Shown here: positions 1-9,545 of the stretch, piece after piece
Layout: every line of letters starts with the position of its first letter
How positions within the stretch are numbered: position 1 is the first letter of the stretch
NCBI GenBank assembly: GCA_965231145.1
Contig: OZ246420.1
Coordinates: 120,001-152,000 of the forward strand
Source: Candidatus Saccharimonadota bacterium
GTDB taxonomy: Bacteria > Patescibacteriota > Gracilibacteria > Absconditabacterales > Absconditicoccaceae
Direction of reading: 5' to 3'
Length of the DNA stretch: 32,000 bases
Position numbers and translations under genes: made by a program
The notes under the pieces: model-generated
Database searches by the model: none
What the model was told of the DNA's origin: nothing
Seen by the model: the letters and a program-made list of their open reading frames with translations, nothing else

Positions 1-762
1 TGTAAGTGGAGTGTCGCGCCCTACCGCAACTCCCTCGAAACATGAGTCTCCGTCAAATCACATCCCTGGCGTATAACTTTGACCAAGTCATCCCATCCCT
101 TGTTGCGTAGGGTCTTCACATCCTTCGATTTTGCTGTAGTAGATATCGAAAGGAGTAATAGACGAAATTGTTCGTAATTCTCCAGAACCCGCGCTAAATG
201 AACCACCTGTTCCACTACAATCAGGAAGTCCAAGACTGATCCATCATACAAATGTGGTTCAAGGAGTACACATGGGACTTGGTAGTATGCTTACAAGCGG
301 AGCTGGTGTACAGATCGCTGTTCATCAAGAAAATCACGCTATCGCTTCTCCTGCAGGACATGAACCATCGCTAAATCAACCAACTCCGCCTCAGAGAGAA
401 TATGATAAAATGTCAAATGCAAACATCTCTGTCGTGAGGCTTCACGAGGCAATGCGAGATCCATCTATCGTATCTGTACGAGAAAAACGTCCGTCCGGAG
501 CGATGAGAATGTCTTCTGTGCCTACAGCGTCAGGAAGCTTTATAAGATGGTCATTCGTTCCTGAAAACTCTACGAGAGCACTGCTTGATGCGTCTCCATC
601 TGTAGTGATAAGGAGTTTTTGAAAATAGGGAATATCCCTCAGGATGCTTGTATCAAGAGTAAGAGCACTTACGCTTTCTGAAATAAGAGCTGCCGCTCAG
701 AGGCTAAGAGCTAGCGTGACAAGCCGCTTTTTGTTTCACTGCTTTTGTTCCATAACGAACAT
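1..762 (-). CDS. secreted Gly/Cys-rich hypothetical protein; the C-terminus runs off the window start; readable only with TGA=Gly
   Basis: The minus frame is open from ATG 762 (alternative 753) to position 1 once about 12 in-frame TGA are read as sense, with no TAA/TAG. The N-terminus MFVMEQKQ(G)NKKRLVTLALSL(G)AAALISESVSA is signal-peptide-like. Track ORFs 21..251(-) and 254..622(+) are a fragment and an antisense artefact of it. Confidence 0.6.
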
Positions 763-1056
763 TGATTCAATGGATAAAACAAATTACTTTATGCTATGTA
801 ATGCTGCTTTCATACAAAATTGCTACTGAAAATATATAGCAAGTGTGAAATTGAGTAACCAAAAAACAGAAAATATTATATAACCATACGCGCAGAGAGC
901 GAGTGCTTCTCTAGCCATAGTTCAATCGCTATTTTGTTTTTTAAGATAAAATAGAATAAAAATTGATTGTTTGATAACTCTTTTTTGTCGCAGTAATACT
1001 GTTTTTTCTTGATTATTTAGTGATGTATTTTATAACGGTATGATTATATATTATAT

Positions 1057-1084
1057 TTGACTTATTTGTCGGATTGTATATAAT
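1057..1084 (+). promoter_or_regulatory. sigma70-type promoter TTGACT-16 nt-TATAAT
   Basis: TTGACT at 1057-1062, a 16-nt spacer, and TATAAT at 1079-1084. This implies a leader of about 140 nt before ATG 1230. Confidence 0.55.
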
Positions 1085-1229
1085 ATAAAAGCGCGTTCCA
1101 TTTCGGTCGAATGCGTGGTTTCTTAACAGCTTACTCTTTCGTTCAAGGTTGCCGGCAAGCTTCCTTGGATAAATTTATGATAAAAAATTTTTCAAACAAA
1201 ACATTCAAAAAAACATTAAATTTGAGAAT

Positions 1230-4200
1230 ATGAAAAAACTACTTATTTTGATGAGCTTTGTTTGCTCATTTTGTGTTCCTGTTTTCGCTCAGTTCGTAAC
1301 GAATGAGATACAGGTTGTTACTAAAGCGCCTATTGTGTGGAATAGTAAAGAACAGTCAGCGGAATTCCTTGAAAAATTTCCTGCGGGTTCTAAGGTTGTT
1401 AACTGTGCTGACATAACATTGTTCAGCCAGCAAGAAGACCTTGTAAGGCAGGGGAGATATTGGGGAACTCTATTTCTTGTTCAACTGCCCACCTCGAACG
1501 CAAGTACACTAGTTTCCACTAAGCAAGCATTGCTTGAAAATGATGAAAGTGTTGTTAAGGACGTCTACTTAAATGTTGTAGGCTCTTCAAACTCGTCTAC
1601 TCCAATTACTTTTTCAGACCCTGTTTTTCCTTATGACATGCAGTATAACGCTGCTGCGATAGCGGGGGGTGTAAAGTACACCGGCTGGCAACATGCTAAC
1701 GGCTATATATTCTATAATACCGATAGAATATTAGTTGGAGTAATAGATGGAGGCGCTAATTTGTCTCACCAGGATGCGGTTAATTCCTATTATATTAATG
1801 CTTTGGAAATAGCGGCAAATGGTATTGATGACGACATGAATGGAAGGATTGATGACGTGAATGGTTGGAATTTTGTTTCTAGTAATAATAATGTTGCTGA
1901 TGACAATCCTATCGGACATGGCACAGTTGTTTCTAGTGAATTGGGCGCTCGTAACAACAATTCAAAGAATACTGTTGGTTACTTGTCAGACTCAATGTCT
2001 GTTTTAGTTCTGAAGGCTGCGAATTCTTCCGGAACTGTTACCGATTTTGCGACAGCGAGTGCGTATTATTATGCATTATCTAAGCATTGCAGGATCGTAA
2101 ATATGTCATTCGGTTTTTCAAGTGTGCCCACAAGCCTAATGGCTGCTATAGCCACAGGTGTTGTAGCGCCTTATAATTGTGTTCCAGTCGCCGCAGTGGG
2201 AAATACGGGCGGTTCTTATACCGCTTACCCCGCGTCTGGGGCTCATGTTCTAACTGTTGGTAATTGCGATAATGGCGGAGTTCGTCATTCTACTTCGAGT
2301 TATTCAACTGAACTTGATATCATGGCTGTTGGGGTTAATGTGGCAGGACATCATCCTACCAGCACAACATTAAACACAACTCTTACTGGTACAAGTCAGG
2401 CTGCTCCTAAAATTGCTGGCGTATGCCATAAAATATTAAAGGCAGATAGTACGCTTACGGTAGATGATGTTATTGATCTTGTGAGATCAAGGGGTTTAAA
2501 TCATGCTTTCCTGCCTATGACAGGCTGGGGACCGTTTAGTGGTTTAGATACTCTTATGCACAATATGATGTCTCCAGACACAGTAGTAACTTTTGCTGCT
2601 TGTTCTGGTAAACAGTGTTTACCTTATAGTAAGCACTTCGCTCCTGTAGATAGTTTAAGGTTTGGATTGGCGGCAATAGCGGGTGATAGTATTAATACTA
2701 ACTTGCTTACCGCTGGCACTTATACTTATAAACTGTCTGTAAAATTTGAACCACGACCAGGCGAGTTCTTTAGGGATACGTTTAACCTTAAAGTTGTTAT
2801 TACTGGTTCTGGTGGCTCTGTCGCTCCAACTATCAGCATAAATGCAACTCCAGGTGGAGCTGTGTGTGCTGGTACATCGGTTAACTTTACCTCAACCATT
2901 ACTGATGGAGGCGCTTCGCCAACATATGTGTGGAAGGTAAATACTGTTACTGTAGGTACTGGAAGTAGTTACTCTTATACACCAGCAAGTGGTGACGTTG
3001 TATATGCGATACTTACAAGTAGCGCAGGATGCGCGTCGCCAGCTACGGTGAACAGTAATACTATAACGATGACAGTGAACCCAAGCGTTACGCCTGGAGT
3101 CACTATTAATGCGACACCTGCCGGAGCAATCTGTGCAGGCACATTAGTTACCTTTAATTCGACTATAGCAAATGGCGGTTCAACGCCATCCTATCAGTGG
3201 AAGAAAAATGGTGTAATAGTTGGTAGTGGTACTACATATACTGACATGACGTTAGCAACTAGTGATATTATCACTTGCAATCTGACAAGCAGTGCTGTTT
3301 GCGCAGTACCAGCTACAGTAGCAAGTAATACCATCACCATGACAGTTAATCCTGTACTGGTGCCTGGGATCACTATCAATGCAACACCTGTCGGAGCAAT
3401 CTGTGCAGGAACATCAGTAACCTTTTCATCTGTCGTAGTTAATGCAGGCTCTTCGCCTGTATACGACTGGAAGGTAAATGGTGTGTCGGTTGGTTCGGGT
3501 ACAAGTTACAGTAGTTCTACTTTGGTAAGTGGTGATCTTGTTACATGTTCATTGGCAAGCAGCGCAACATGTGCGAGCCCATCCAGTGTAACAAGTAACA
3601 CTATTACAATGACAGTGAATCCAAGCGTTACGCCTGGAGTTACTATCAACGCAACGCCTGCTGGTTCTGTTTGCACAGGAACTTCGGTAACGTTTACTCC
3701 AACTATCACTGGCGGAGGATCAACTCCTTCTTACCAATGGTATGTGAATAGCGTTCCCGTAGGTACTGGTACATCTTACTCAAGCTCTAGTTTAGTAACT
3801 GGAGACTTAGTGAGTTGTACACTTGCAAGCAGTGCAGCGTGTGCTACACCGTCTAGTGTCGGTAGCAATACCATTACAATGACAGTTAGCTCATCTGTTA
3901 CTCCTTCTATCATAGTAGCTGCCACTCCTGGCGCTAACGTGTGTACAGGAACTACTGTTACGTTTACTGCGACTCCTTCAGGCGGCGGTTCGACTCCTAC
4001 TTATCAGTGGTATAAGAACTCAATTCCTGTAGGTACAAGTTCAGTAACGTATGTTGATGCTTCTTTGCTTTCAGGAGATGTTATTTCGTGCGAGCTTATT
4101 TCAAGCTTAGCTTGTGTGACAACTTCGACAGCTATGAGTGCAGCAATAACTATGACTGTTAATGCAACAGTCACTCCAGCTGTAGCCGTTGCTGTTTCTC

Positions 4201-5249
4201 CTTCTGCATCTATATGCAGCGGAACATCAGTGACGTTCTCAGCCACACCATCGGCAGGAGGCTCTTCGCCTAGCTACCAATGGTACATAGGAGCAACGCC
4301 TGTTGCTACTGGTAGCACCTTTTCTTCTTCAACTCTTGCAACAGGTGATGCTGTGAAGGTTGTGATGACCAGTAGTGCGGCTTGTGCTTCACCGACTACG
4401 GCTACCAGCGTGATAACCATCATGACTGTTACGCCAAGTGTTGCCCCCTCAGCTACCATTAACGCGACGCCTGGCACAACAATCTGTCCAGGCACTCCCG
4501 TTAGTTTTACTTCCTCTATCACAAACGGAGGCTCTACGCCTACGTACACATGGAAGAAGAATGGTGTTCCTGTTGGAAGTGGCACTACTTATAGCAGCTC
4601 AGCACTCATAAATGGAGATGTTATTGTTCTTACTGTAACTGGTAGTGCTGCGTGTTCAGTACCATCAACAGTTAATAGCAATACAATCACTGTAACGGTT
4701 AATACGCCGGTACCAGTGCCTTCGTTTACTATAAGTGGGACTCCAGTCCTTGTTGGATCTGGTGTTTACAAGGGGATCTATACTGCCACTATACCTAGTG
4801 GCGTATCTACTTATACGTTAGACTGGTACTTAAATGGAGACCTCCAGGCAAGTACTATAACTAATAGTTGGGTTCATGATCCGCTTGTTAGTGGGCATCC
4901 TGACACAGTTTACGCTGTGTTGACGCCTACGAGCGGCTGCTATTCACCAGACACTTTCAAGTCTGGTGCAATTGTTCTAAAGTCTCCCGTTGGCGTTGCC
5001 GCGCTAACGAAAGAGAATGTTAATATATATCCAAATCCAGTACATAATCTTCTTACCATTGAAGGTTTGCATAAAGGCAGCTCCGCTGTCGTTGTAAATG
5101 TTCTTGGGCAGGTGGTGAAAAACTATACGTTTATGAATGACAATTCTGAACAAATAGAATTTACATCGCTTATGCCGGGCATCTATACGTTGCGTATCAT
5201 TGATGAAGAGGGTATGTCGGAGTTGGTATACAAACTAATGAAAGAGTAA
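1230..5249 (+). CDS. secreted subtilisin-like (S8) serine protease with 7+1 Ig-like repeats and a T9SS-type C-terminal sorting domain
   Basis: Uninterrupted 1339-codon ORF with a TAA stop and no in-frame TGA. Signal peptide MKKLLILMSFVCSFCVPVFAQ. Subtilase triad motifs VGVIDGG (Asp), GHGTVVSS (His) and GTSQAAPKIAG (Ser). The C-terminus NIYPNPVHNLLTIEG...GIYTLRII...KLMKE resembles the Por/T9SS tail. Confidence 0.9.
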   Translation: MKKLLILMSFVCSFCVPVFAQFVTNEIQVVTKAPIVWNSKEQSAEFLEKFPAGSKVVNCADITLFSQQEDLVRQGRYWGTLFLVQLPTSNASTLVSTKQALLENDESVVKDVYLNVVGSSNSSTPITFSDPVFPYDMQYNAAAIAGGVKYTGWQHANGYIFYNTDRILVGVIDGGANLSHQDAVNSYYINALEIAANGIDDDMNGRIDDVNGWNFVSSNNNVADDNPIGHGTVVSSELGARNNNSKNTVGYLSDSMSVLVLKAANSSGTVTDFATASAYYYALSKHCRIVNMSFGFSSVPTSLMAAIATGVVAPYNCVPVAAVGNTGGSYTAYPASGAHVLTVGNCDNGGVRHSTSSYSTELDIMAVGVNVAGHHPTSTTLNTTLTGTSQAAPKIAGVCHKILKADSTLTVDDVIDLVRSRGLNHAFLPMTGWGPFSGLDTLMHNMMSPDTVVTFAACSGKQCLPYSKHFAPVDSLRFGLAAIAGDSINTNLLTAGTYTYKLSVKFEPRPGEFFRDTFNLKVVITGSGGSVAPTISINATPGGAVCAGTSVNFTSTITDGGASPTYVWKVNTVTVGTGSSYSYTPASGDVVYAILTSSAGCASPATVNSNTITMTVNPSVTPGVTINATPAGAICAGTLVTFNSTIANGGSTPSYQWKKNGVIVGSGTTYTDMTLATSDIITCNLTSSAVCAVPATVASNTITMTVNPVLVPGITINATPVGAICAGTSVTFSSVVVNAGSSPVYDWKVNGVSVGSGTSYSSSTLVSGDLVTCSLASSATCASPSSVTSNTITMTVNPSVTPGVTINATPAGSVCTGTSVTFTPTITGGGSTPSYQWYVNSVPVGTGTSYSSSSLVTGDLVSCTLASSAACATPSSVGSNTITMTVSSSVTPSIIVAATPGANVCTGTTVTFTATPSGGGSTPTYQWYKNSIPVGTSSVTYVDASLLSGDVISCELISSLACVTTSTAMSAAITMTVNATVTPAVAVAVSPSASICSGTSVTFSATPSAGGSSPSYQWYIGATPVATGSTFSSSTLATGDAVKVVMTSSAACASPTTATSVITIMTVTPSVAPSATINATPGTTICPGTPVSFTSSITNGGSTPTYTWKKNGVPVGSGTTYSSSALINGDVIVLTVTGSAACSVPSTVNSNTITVTVNTPVPVPSFTISGTPVLVGSGVYKGIYTATIPSGVSTYTLDWYLNGDLQASTITNSWVHDPLVSGHPDTVYAVLTPTSGCYSPDTFKSGAIVLKSPVGVAALTKENVNIYPNPVHNLLTIEGLHKGSSAVVVNVLGQVVKNYTFMNDNSEQIEFTSLMPGIYTLRIIDEEGMSELVYKLMKE
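2820..4709 (+). repeat. seven in-frame tandem repeats of about 267-273 nt (about 90 aa), plus a degenerate eighth copy up to about 4985
   Basis: Repeat units start at 2820, 3087, 3354, 3627, 3897, 4170 and 4440. Consensus: VTPgvTINATPaGaiCAGTSVTF.S.i.nGGStPsYqWk.NGv.VGsGt.YsSs.L..GD.v.C.LtSSa.Ca.P..v.SNTITMTVN. Similarity is visible at DNA level, for example 3077-3127 versus 3617-3666. Confidence 0.9.
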
Positions 5250-5270
5250 GCTAATAGAGAAATCTATTGA

Positions 5271-5297
5271 GCGCCCGGTATCTTCCGGGCGCTTTTC
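5271..5297 (+). terminator. rho-independent terminator of the protease gene
   Basis: The arms gcgcccgg and ccgggcgc form a perfect 8-bp stem with loop tatctt, followed by TTTT. Confidence 0.8.
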
Positions 5298-5309
5298 TTA
5301 TTATTCGAA

Positions 5310-5337
5310 TTGTTTTTTAAGGTCGTTTTCTTATACT
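5310..5337 (+). promoter_or_regulatory. possible promoter TTGTTT-16 nt-TATACT
   Basis: The spacer is 16 nt like the other block promoters, but the -35 box is weaker. Confidence 0.3.
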
Positions 5338-5411
5338 GTACAAACGCACAAAGAGAGAAAAAACAAAAATATCGTTAACAAAAATTCCTGAGAAAGGAAA
5401 AAAAATTTATT

Positions 5412-6155
5412 ATGGAAAATAATAGAAGTAGATACAGATTGAGCTTGTTCGTCATTGTAATAATGACGATTATAACAAGCTGTAAAAAGTCTGAACAGTT
5501 TGAGCTGGGGAAAAAAACTGCTGTCCGGCGTGTTCAGACTTTACAGGTGCAAACCCGAGATCAGCAGACCTCGGGCCGAACCTTTCCTATCGATATGCAG
5601 AGTGCTGCCATTTTCAGTCCCATCGAGCTAGTAGCGAAGTCTGATAGCTCAGGGGTGGAGGAAATATTGGTAAATCGTATATTTCAGGATGTGCTCTCTC
5701 AAGGTGAAAAGCTTTGGGGGCGCTACTTTCTGGATGGGCAGTATGCCTATGCCAGTAATATCCGTCGTTATATCGAGAAAAAGTACTCAGTTGTGTGTCA
5801 AAAGTACTTTATATTTGGAGATCTTACAGCTGTTTCACCTCGTTATGGTTGTGTCGCATCATGGAAATATGATGTAGCATGTGCCATCCGAGGTAAAGGG
5901 GGTGTTTTATACATTCTTGATCCGAGGCTCTTCTCCAGTGTGGTTACACAAAACAAATGGATAGAATCTCACCTCTATCCAACTGCTAGTGTACCACAGC
6001 CACGTCTGACTTCTCAGGCGTTGGTAGCTGGCGAATCTTTTACGCCTGTCGACAATGTGCCTTCCGGATATCTTGTAGATGCGGATTATCGCTATACGGA
6101 TATCATGGTAGATTACTATGCTGACAGCGTAGGCTGTAATAATATTCTTCAATAA
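5412..6155 (+). CDS. lipoprotein, protein-glutaminase-like fold with a substituted catalytic triad (likely pseudoenzyme)
   Basis: The signal ends ...IMTIITSC, a lipobox-like Cys24. The segment DGQYAYASNIRRY...KYFIFGDL...CVASWKYDVA...YILDPRLFSS aligns from memory to Chryseobacterium protein-glutaminase DGCYARAHKMRQI...KQFVYGNL...CVAWSYHVA...RIIDPSLFSS. Compared with that enzyme, Cys is replaced by Gln (5739-5741), His by Asp (5871-5873), and Asp is kept (5919-5921). TAA stop, no TGA. Confidence 0.6.
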   Translation: MENNRSRYRLSLFVIVIMTIITSCKKSEQFELGKKTAVRRVQTLQVQTRDQQTSGRTFPIDMQSAAIFSPIELVAKSDSSGVEEILVNRIFQDVLSQGEKLWGRYFLDGQYAYASNIRRYIEKKYSVVCQKYFIFGDLTAVSPRYGCVASWKYDVACAIRGKGGVLYILDPRLFSSVVTQNKWIESHLYPTASVPQPRLTSQALVAGESFTPVDNVPSGYLVDADYRYTDIMVDYYADSVGCNNILQ

Positions 6156-6177
6156 GATAGATTCATCTCTTTGTGCT

Positions 6178-6215
6178 GGGATCTCGTGTTTTCACGGGGT
6201 CCCTTTATTTTATTT
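6178..6215 (+). terminator. rho-independent terminator
   Basis: An 11-bp stem gggatctcgtg / cacggggtccc (with G-U pairs) and loop tttt, followed by a T-rich tract. Confidence 0.7.
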
Positions 6216-6219
6216 TCTC

Positions 6220-6358
6220 TTGCATTTAGCATATATATTGTTATTATAAAGGCGTTGAAAGTTGTCCGAGGTGAGATACGAGACAAAAGACAACATGTAT
6301 TCCATAATAAATTATTAACGATATTCTAAGGGATCTGTTTTGTACAGGACCCTTTTTT
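6220..6358 (+). ncRNA. candidate small transcription unit (promoter + about 105 nt + terminator) with no plausible ORF
   Basis: TTGCAT 6220-6225, a 16-nt spacer, and TATTAT 6242-6247. There is an internal hairpin gttgtc...gacaac. The terminator agggatctg/caggaccct plus T5 at 6329-6358 closely resembles the preceding terminator. Confidence 0.25.
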
Positions 6359-6554
6359 GTATTTGTAATTTATTTGAGCTTGTCTATATTTTCTGAAGTG
6401 ATGAATTTATAGTCGCGTCACCGGAGAGATTTTTCTAGTGATGCAATTTATAAGAGTTGACCTGTTCTCAGGCTGGCTCTTTTTTCTTTTTCTGTTCTTT
6501 CTCACTTTTTTTCGTGGAGATAATAAATAAGTAGGCGGCATTTATTTCCAATGT

Positions 6555-7010
6555 ATGTCGATGAAACATAGTGCTGTCGCGCCTGAGCATCAGGCGATTA
6601 TTTGCCTCGCTGAGCTTGCTCTTGGAGAGGAATGGGAACATATATCGAGAGTAGTGAAAAGCTTGTTGTACCTTTCGCAGAGTGAAAGATGATATCTGAC
6701 AGTTATGTTGCCTGCTGTCTTATTCTTTACTCTCGATGAAGGTTTTCGCTATAATCTTTTAAAAAGCGTTGATACATACAACGATGAGGCTATTGAATAT
6801 ATTTCCTCTCTACAACAAATGCTTCGCGTAGGAAAGTATCTTGATAGTAATGAGTATCGCATGATACATGATGCATTTCTTCTCAATGCTGATCGCGCTG
6901 TGGCGATAAAAGAAATGCAGACTGAGTCTGGTAAGGTGCTCATGAAGCAGAGAAAAGCTGCGCTGAGGATATTTTATAAAAAAGAGAAAAAGGATATGAT
7001 AAGCGTCTAA
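6555..7010 (+). CDS. hypothetical protein (code 25; one TGA-Gly at 6690-6692)
   Basis: The frame of track ORF 6705..7010 stays open upstream to the TAA at 6528. ATG candidates lie at 6555 and 6561. No homology recognised. Confidence 0.5.
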
Positions 7011-7012
7011 GG

Positions 7013-7034
7013 AGACGCACTGCAGTGCGTCTTT
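7013..7034 (+). terminator. palindromic hairpin after the 6555..7010 gene
   Basis: The arms agacgcac and gtgcgtct form a perfect stem with loop tgca. The T-run is short. Confidence 0.4.
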
Positions 7035-7144
7035 ACATATCTTCTCGTTGTTTTTGAGAGGAAGATCAGTAGTATATGTGTGCTGAGCAACAACTCAGAT
7101 ACTAAGGATTCATATCCTTTTTTACTCGTTTCCCGCACAAACGC

Positions 7145-8248
7145 ATGAAAAAATTATTGTACACACTTTTGACGTTCTATAAGTTCGTCGACATACAAGA
7201 CCCTGAGAAAGAGGTAAAGGACCATCTCGCTTTTTGTAAAGACGTCGGTCTGAAAGGCCGTATATATATTGGTGAGGAAGGTATCAGCGCAACACTCACC
7301 GGAAATGATGGACAAATCAAAGCGTATAGGATGTATTTGAATAATAATCCTTATTTTAAAGATATTCCAGATATTGATATTAAAGCGACTCGTGTAGATG
7401 ACTACTATTTTGATCGTATGATTGTGAAGTATCGTAAAGAGATCGTAGCGCTTGGAACTACTGTAACACAAGCCGAAATTGAGGAGTATCGCAAGGAAAT
7501 GTCGGCTGAAGATTTCAAAAAGCTTATTGACTCCGGAGACCTTGAGGACTGGGTGATTATCGACATGCGTAATGACTATGAGTATAAGCTCGGACATTTT
7601 AAGAATGCTATTCCTGCGGGAACTATTAATTTTCGTGAAGTGCCAGACTTGCTTGATAAGTACAAGCAGCTTTTTGGTGAGAAGAAAATTATCTGGTATT
7701 GTACTGGAGGAATCCGTTGCGAAAAGCTTTCTGCTATGGTGTCTAAGGCATGATTCAAAGATGTGTATGCACTCGAGTGAGGTGTTGTGAAGTATGTAAA
7801 TAGTTATAATGACGGTAACTGGCTGGGTAATCTTTACACGTTCGATGGGCGTGTATCGACTCGTGTTGGTGACGATGAAACACATACAACCATTGGTGAG
7901 TGTATCTATTCTGGTATGAAAACGGATAACTGCGAGAATTGCCGCTATAGTCCTTGTAATGCACGCATTATCTGTCGCAAGAAACAGTATAAGCGCCACA
8001 TGGGTTTCTGCTCTCAGGAGTGTTATGAGAATGCGAAGAAGGATCTCCTTATCAAAAATATCGCAGGTGATGAGTTTGATTATCAAGCAATTCGTGATAG
8101 CATTAAAAAGATCGCTGATGAAAACGGAGACAAGGATGCTATAGAAGCGTTGCGTCAGCAGGTAGTGAAGCATCTTGAGGATGAGCTCGGTGTTGTGAAA
8201 TTTAATCACGCTGTCAGTCAAAAAGAGACAGTTATTTTCCAAGATTAA
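7145..8248 (+). CDS. trhO: tRNA uridine(34) hydroxylase TrhO (rhodanese-domain UPF0176/YceA family)
   Basis: ORFs 7145..7753 and 7787..8248 join through TGA at 7751-7753 and 7778-7780. The segment [21 protein letters not shown](G)FKDVYALE(G)GVVKY parallels E. coli YceA [36 protein letters not shown]. A Cys-rich C-terminal tail follows. Confidence 0.85.
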
Positions 8249-8332
8249 CATACATTTTCTAGTCACAATTAGTTCGTTGTTTCGTATACTTTAGTGTCTA
8301 CATTAAGGCAATTTTACTATGCTTATTATTAC

Positions 8333-9484
8333 ATGCAACAAATACAAACTGAGCAATTAAAAGTTTTTCTCGTTGATATAGTTCCACCTACATTTCCCGC
8401 AGACCTTATAGAGCATCGTATGCAGGAGCTCGAATCATTGGTCACAACATACCAGTGAGTTGTCGTGGTAAAGAAAATTCAGAAACGTATGACGCCAGAT
8501 TATCGTTTATATATTGGTTCGGGGAAACTTGAAGAAATTAAAGATGAAATGAAGGCCATCGGAGCCAATCTTTTGGTGATCGGAAATATTTTGAAACCAT
8601 CGCAGGTATATAATATCAGCGAAATACTTCGTAAAGACGAGATCAAGATCCGAGATCGTGTTGATCTCATCTTAAAAATCTTTGAACGCCACGCAAAGAG
8701 TACCGAGGCAAGATTGCAAATAGAACTCGCTGCGATCAAACATATGGGACCTCGTATCTTTGGTATGGGTATGGAGCTTTCGCGTCAGTGATCATCAGGA
8801 TCTGGAGGCGGTTCAGGAGCATCGCGTGGACTTGGTGAAACGAACACTGAGCGTATGCGCCGTCATCTGAGAGACAAGCAACTTGATCTTAAAAAGAAGC
8901 TCGAGCAGTATAAACATACAAGAGCGCTGCATCGTGAAGCAAGAACCCGTCAATGATTTCCTACGGTGGGAATTGTCTGATATACTAACGCTGGTAAGTC
9001 TCGTTTGATGCATGCGTTAACGAGTAAAGATATTCTCGTAGAGAATAAACTTTTCGCGACGCTTGGAACAGCCGTAGGTAAACTCTATGTTCCTTTGAAA
9101 AATACGGACGGTGAGGAAACAGGAAGAGGGAAAGAAATTCTTATCAATGATACGATTGGATTTATCCGTGATCTTCCACCCGATCTGATAGATGCTTTTT
9201 CGTCAACATTGGAGGATAGCGTTCATGCTGATTTGTTGCTTCATGTGATAGATGCGTCCGATGAGTATATTGAGGAAAAAATAGAAGTGGTAGATGCAAT
9301 CCTCGAAAAGATCGGCGCGACACAGCAAAAGCTCTATGTGTTCAATAAGATAGATCTCATTTCGGCTGAGAAAGTGGCTTCTCTCCATGAAAAATTTGCG
9401 AAATTCGAGCCTATTTTTATCTCGGCCAGTAAAGGGGAAGGTTTGGAGATTTTGAAGAAAAAACTAGCAAATATAGTTTTGTAA
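8333..9484 (+). CDS. hflX: GTPase HflX
   Basis: One frame holds 4 TGA-Gly. Recognisable motifs are ...SRQ(G)SSGSGGGSGASRGLGETNTE.. and the G1 motif FPTVGIV(G)YTNAGKS (TGA at 8978-8980), plus DTIGFI and NKIDL. ATG 8333 is the first start after TAG 8270. Confidence 0.9.
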
Positions 9485-9545
9485 AGTGATTGCTAACAAC
9501 GCCCAGATAGTTATAATTTACTTAGTTTAATTTTGTGGCATAAAA

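Larger units (their letters stand above)
1057..6358. other. TGA-free block A (minimum extent, first island-type promoter to last island-type terminator)
   Basis: It holds two genes (1339 + 247 codons) with no in-frame TGA, canonical sigma70-type promoters with 16-nt spacers, and GC-rich hairpin terminators. Code-25 genes flank it at 1..762(-) and 6555..7010(+). Confidence 0.7.

Noticed and set aside
254-622. A 122-aa plus-strand ORF and the 21..251 minus-strand ORF
   Set aside because: A single minus-strand frame is open across 1..762 under table 25 and starts with a signal peptide. The plus-strand ORF is antisense and the 21..251 ORF is out of frame with it; neither shows protein-like features.
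1216-1223. Bacteroidota-type -7 promoter elements TAnnTTTG (TAAATTTG at 1216-1223; TATATTTG at 16062-16069)
   Set aside because: Only two occurrences, one of them too close to the start codon. Canonical -35/-10 boxes with a constant 16-nt spacer explain all block genes better.
1731-4585. Five minus-strand ORFs of 61-103 aa inside the protease gene (1731..1919, 3194..3379, 3506..3709, 4004..4246, 4274..4585)
   Set aside because: They are antisense shadows of a repeat-rich, GC-skewed coding region, and they repeat with the same period as the sense-strand repeats.
7154-8266. A 370-aa minus-strand ORF, the longest ORF in the track for this region
   Set aside because: It is antisense to trhO, whose plus-strand product shows strong family motifs once TGA is read as Gly. 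The minus-strand product is low-complexity, Ile/Leu/Thr-rich and has no recognisable motif.
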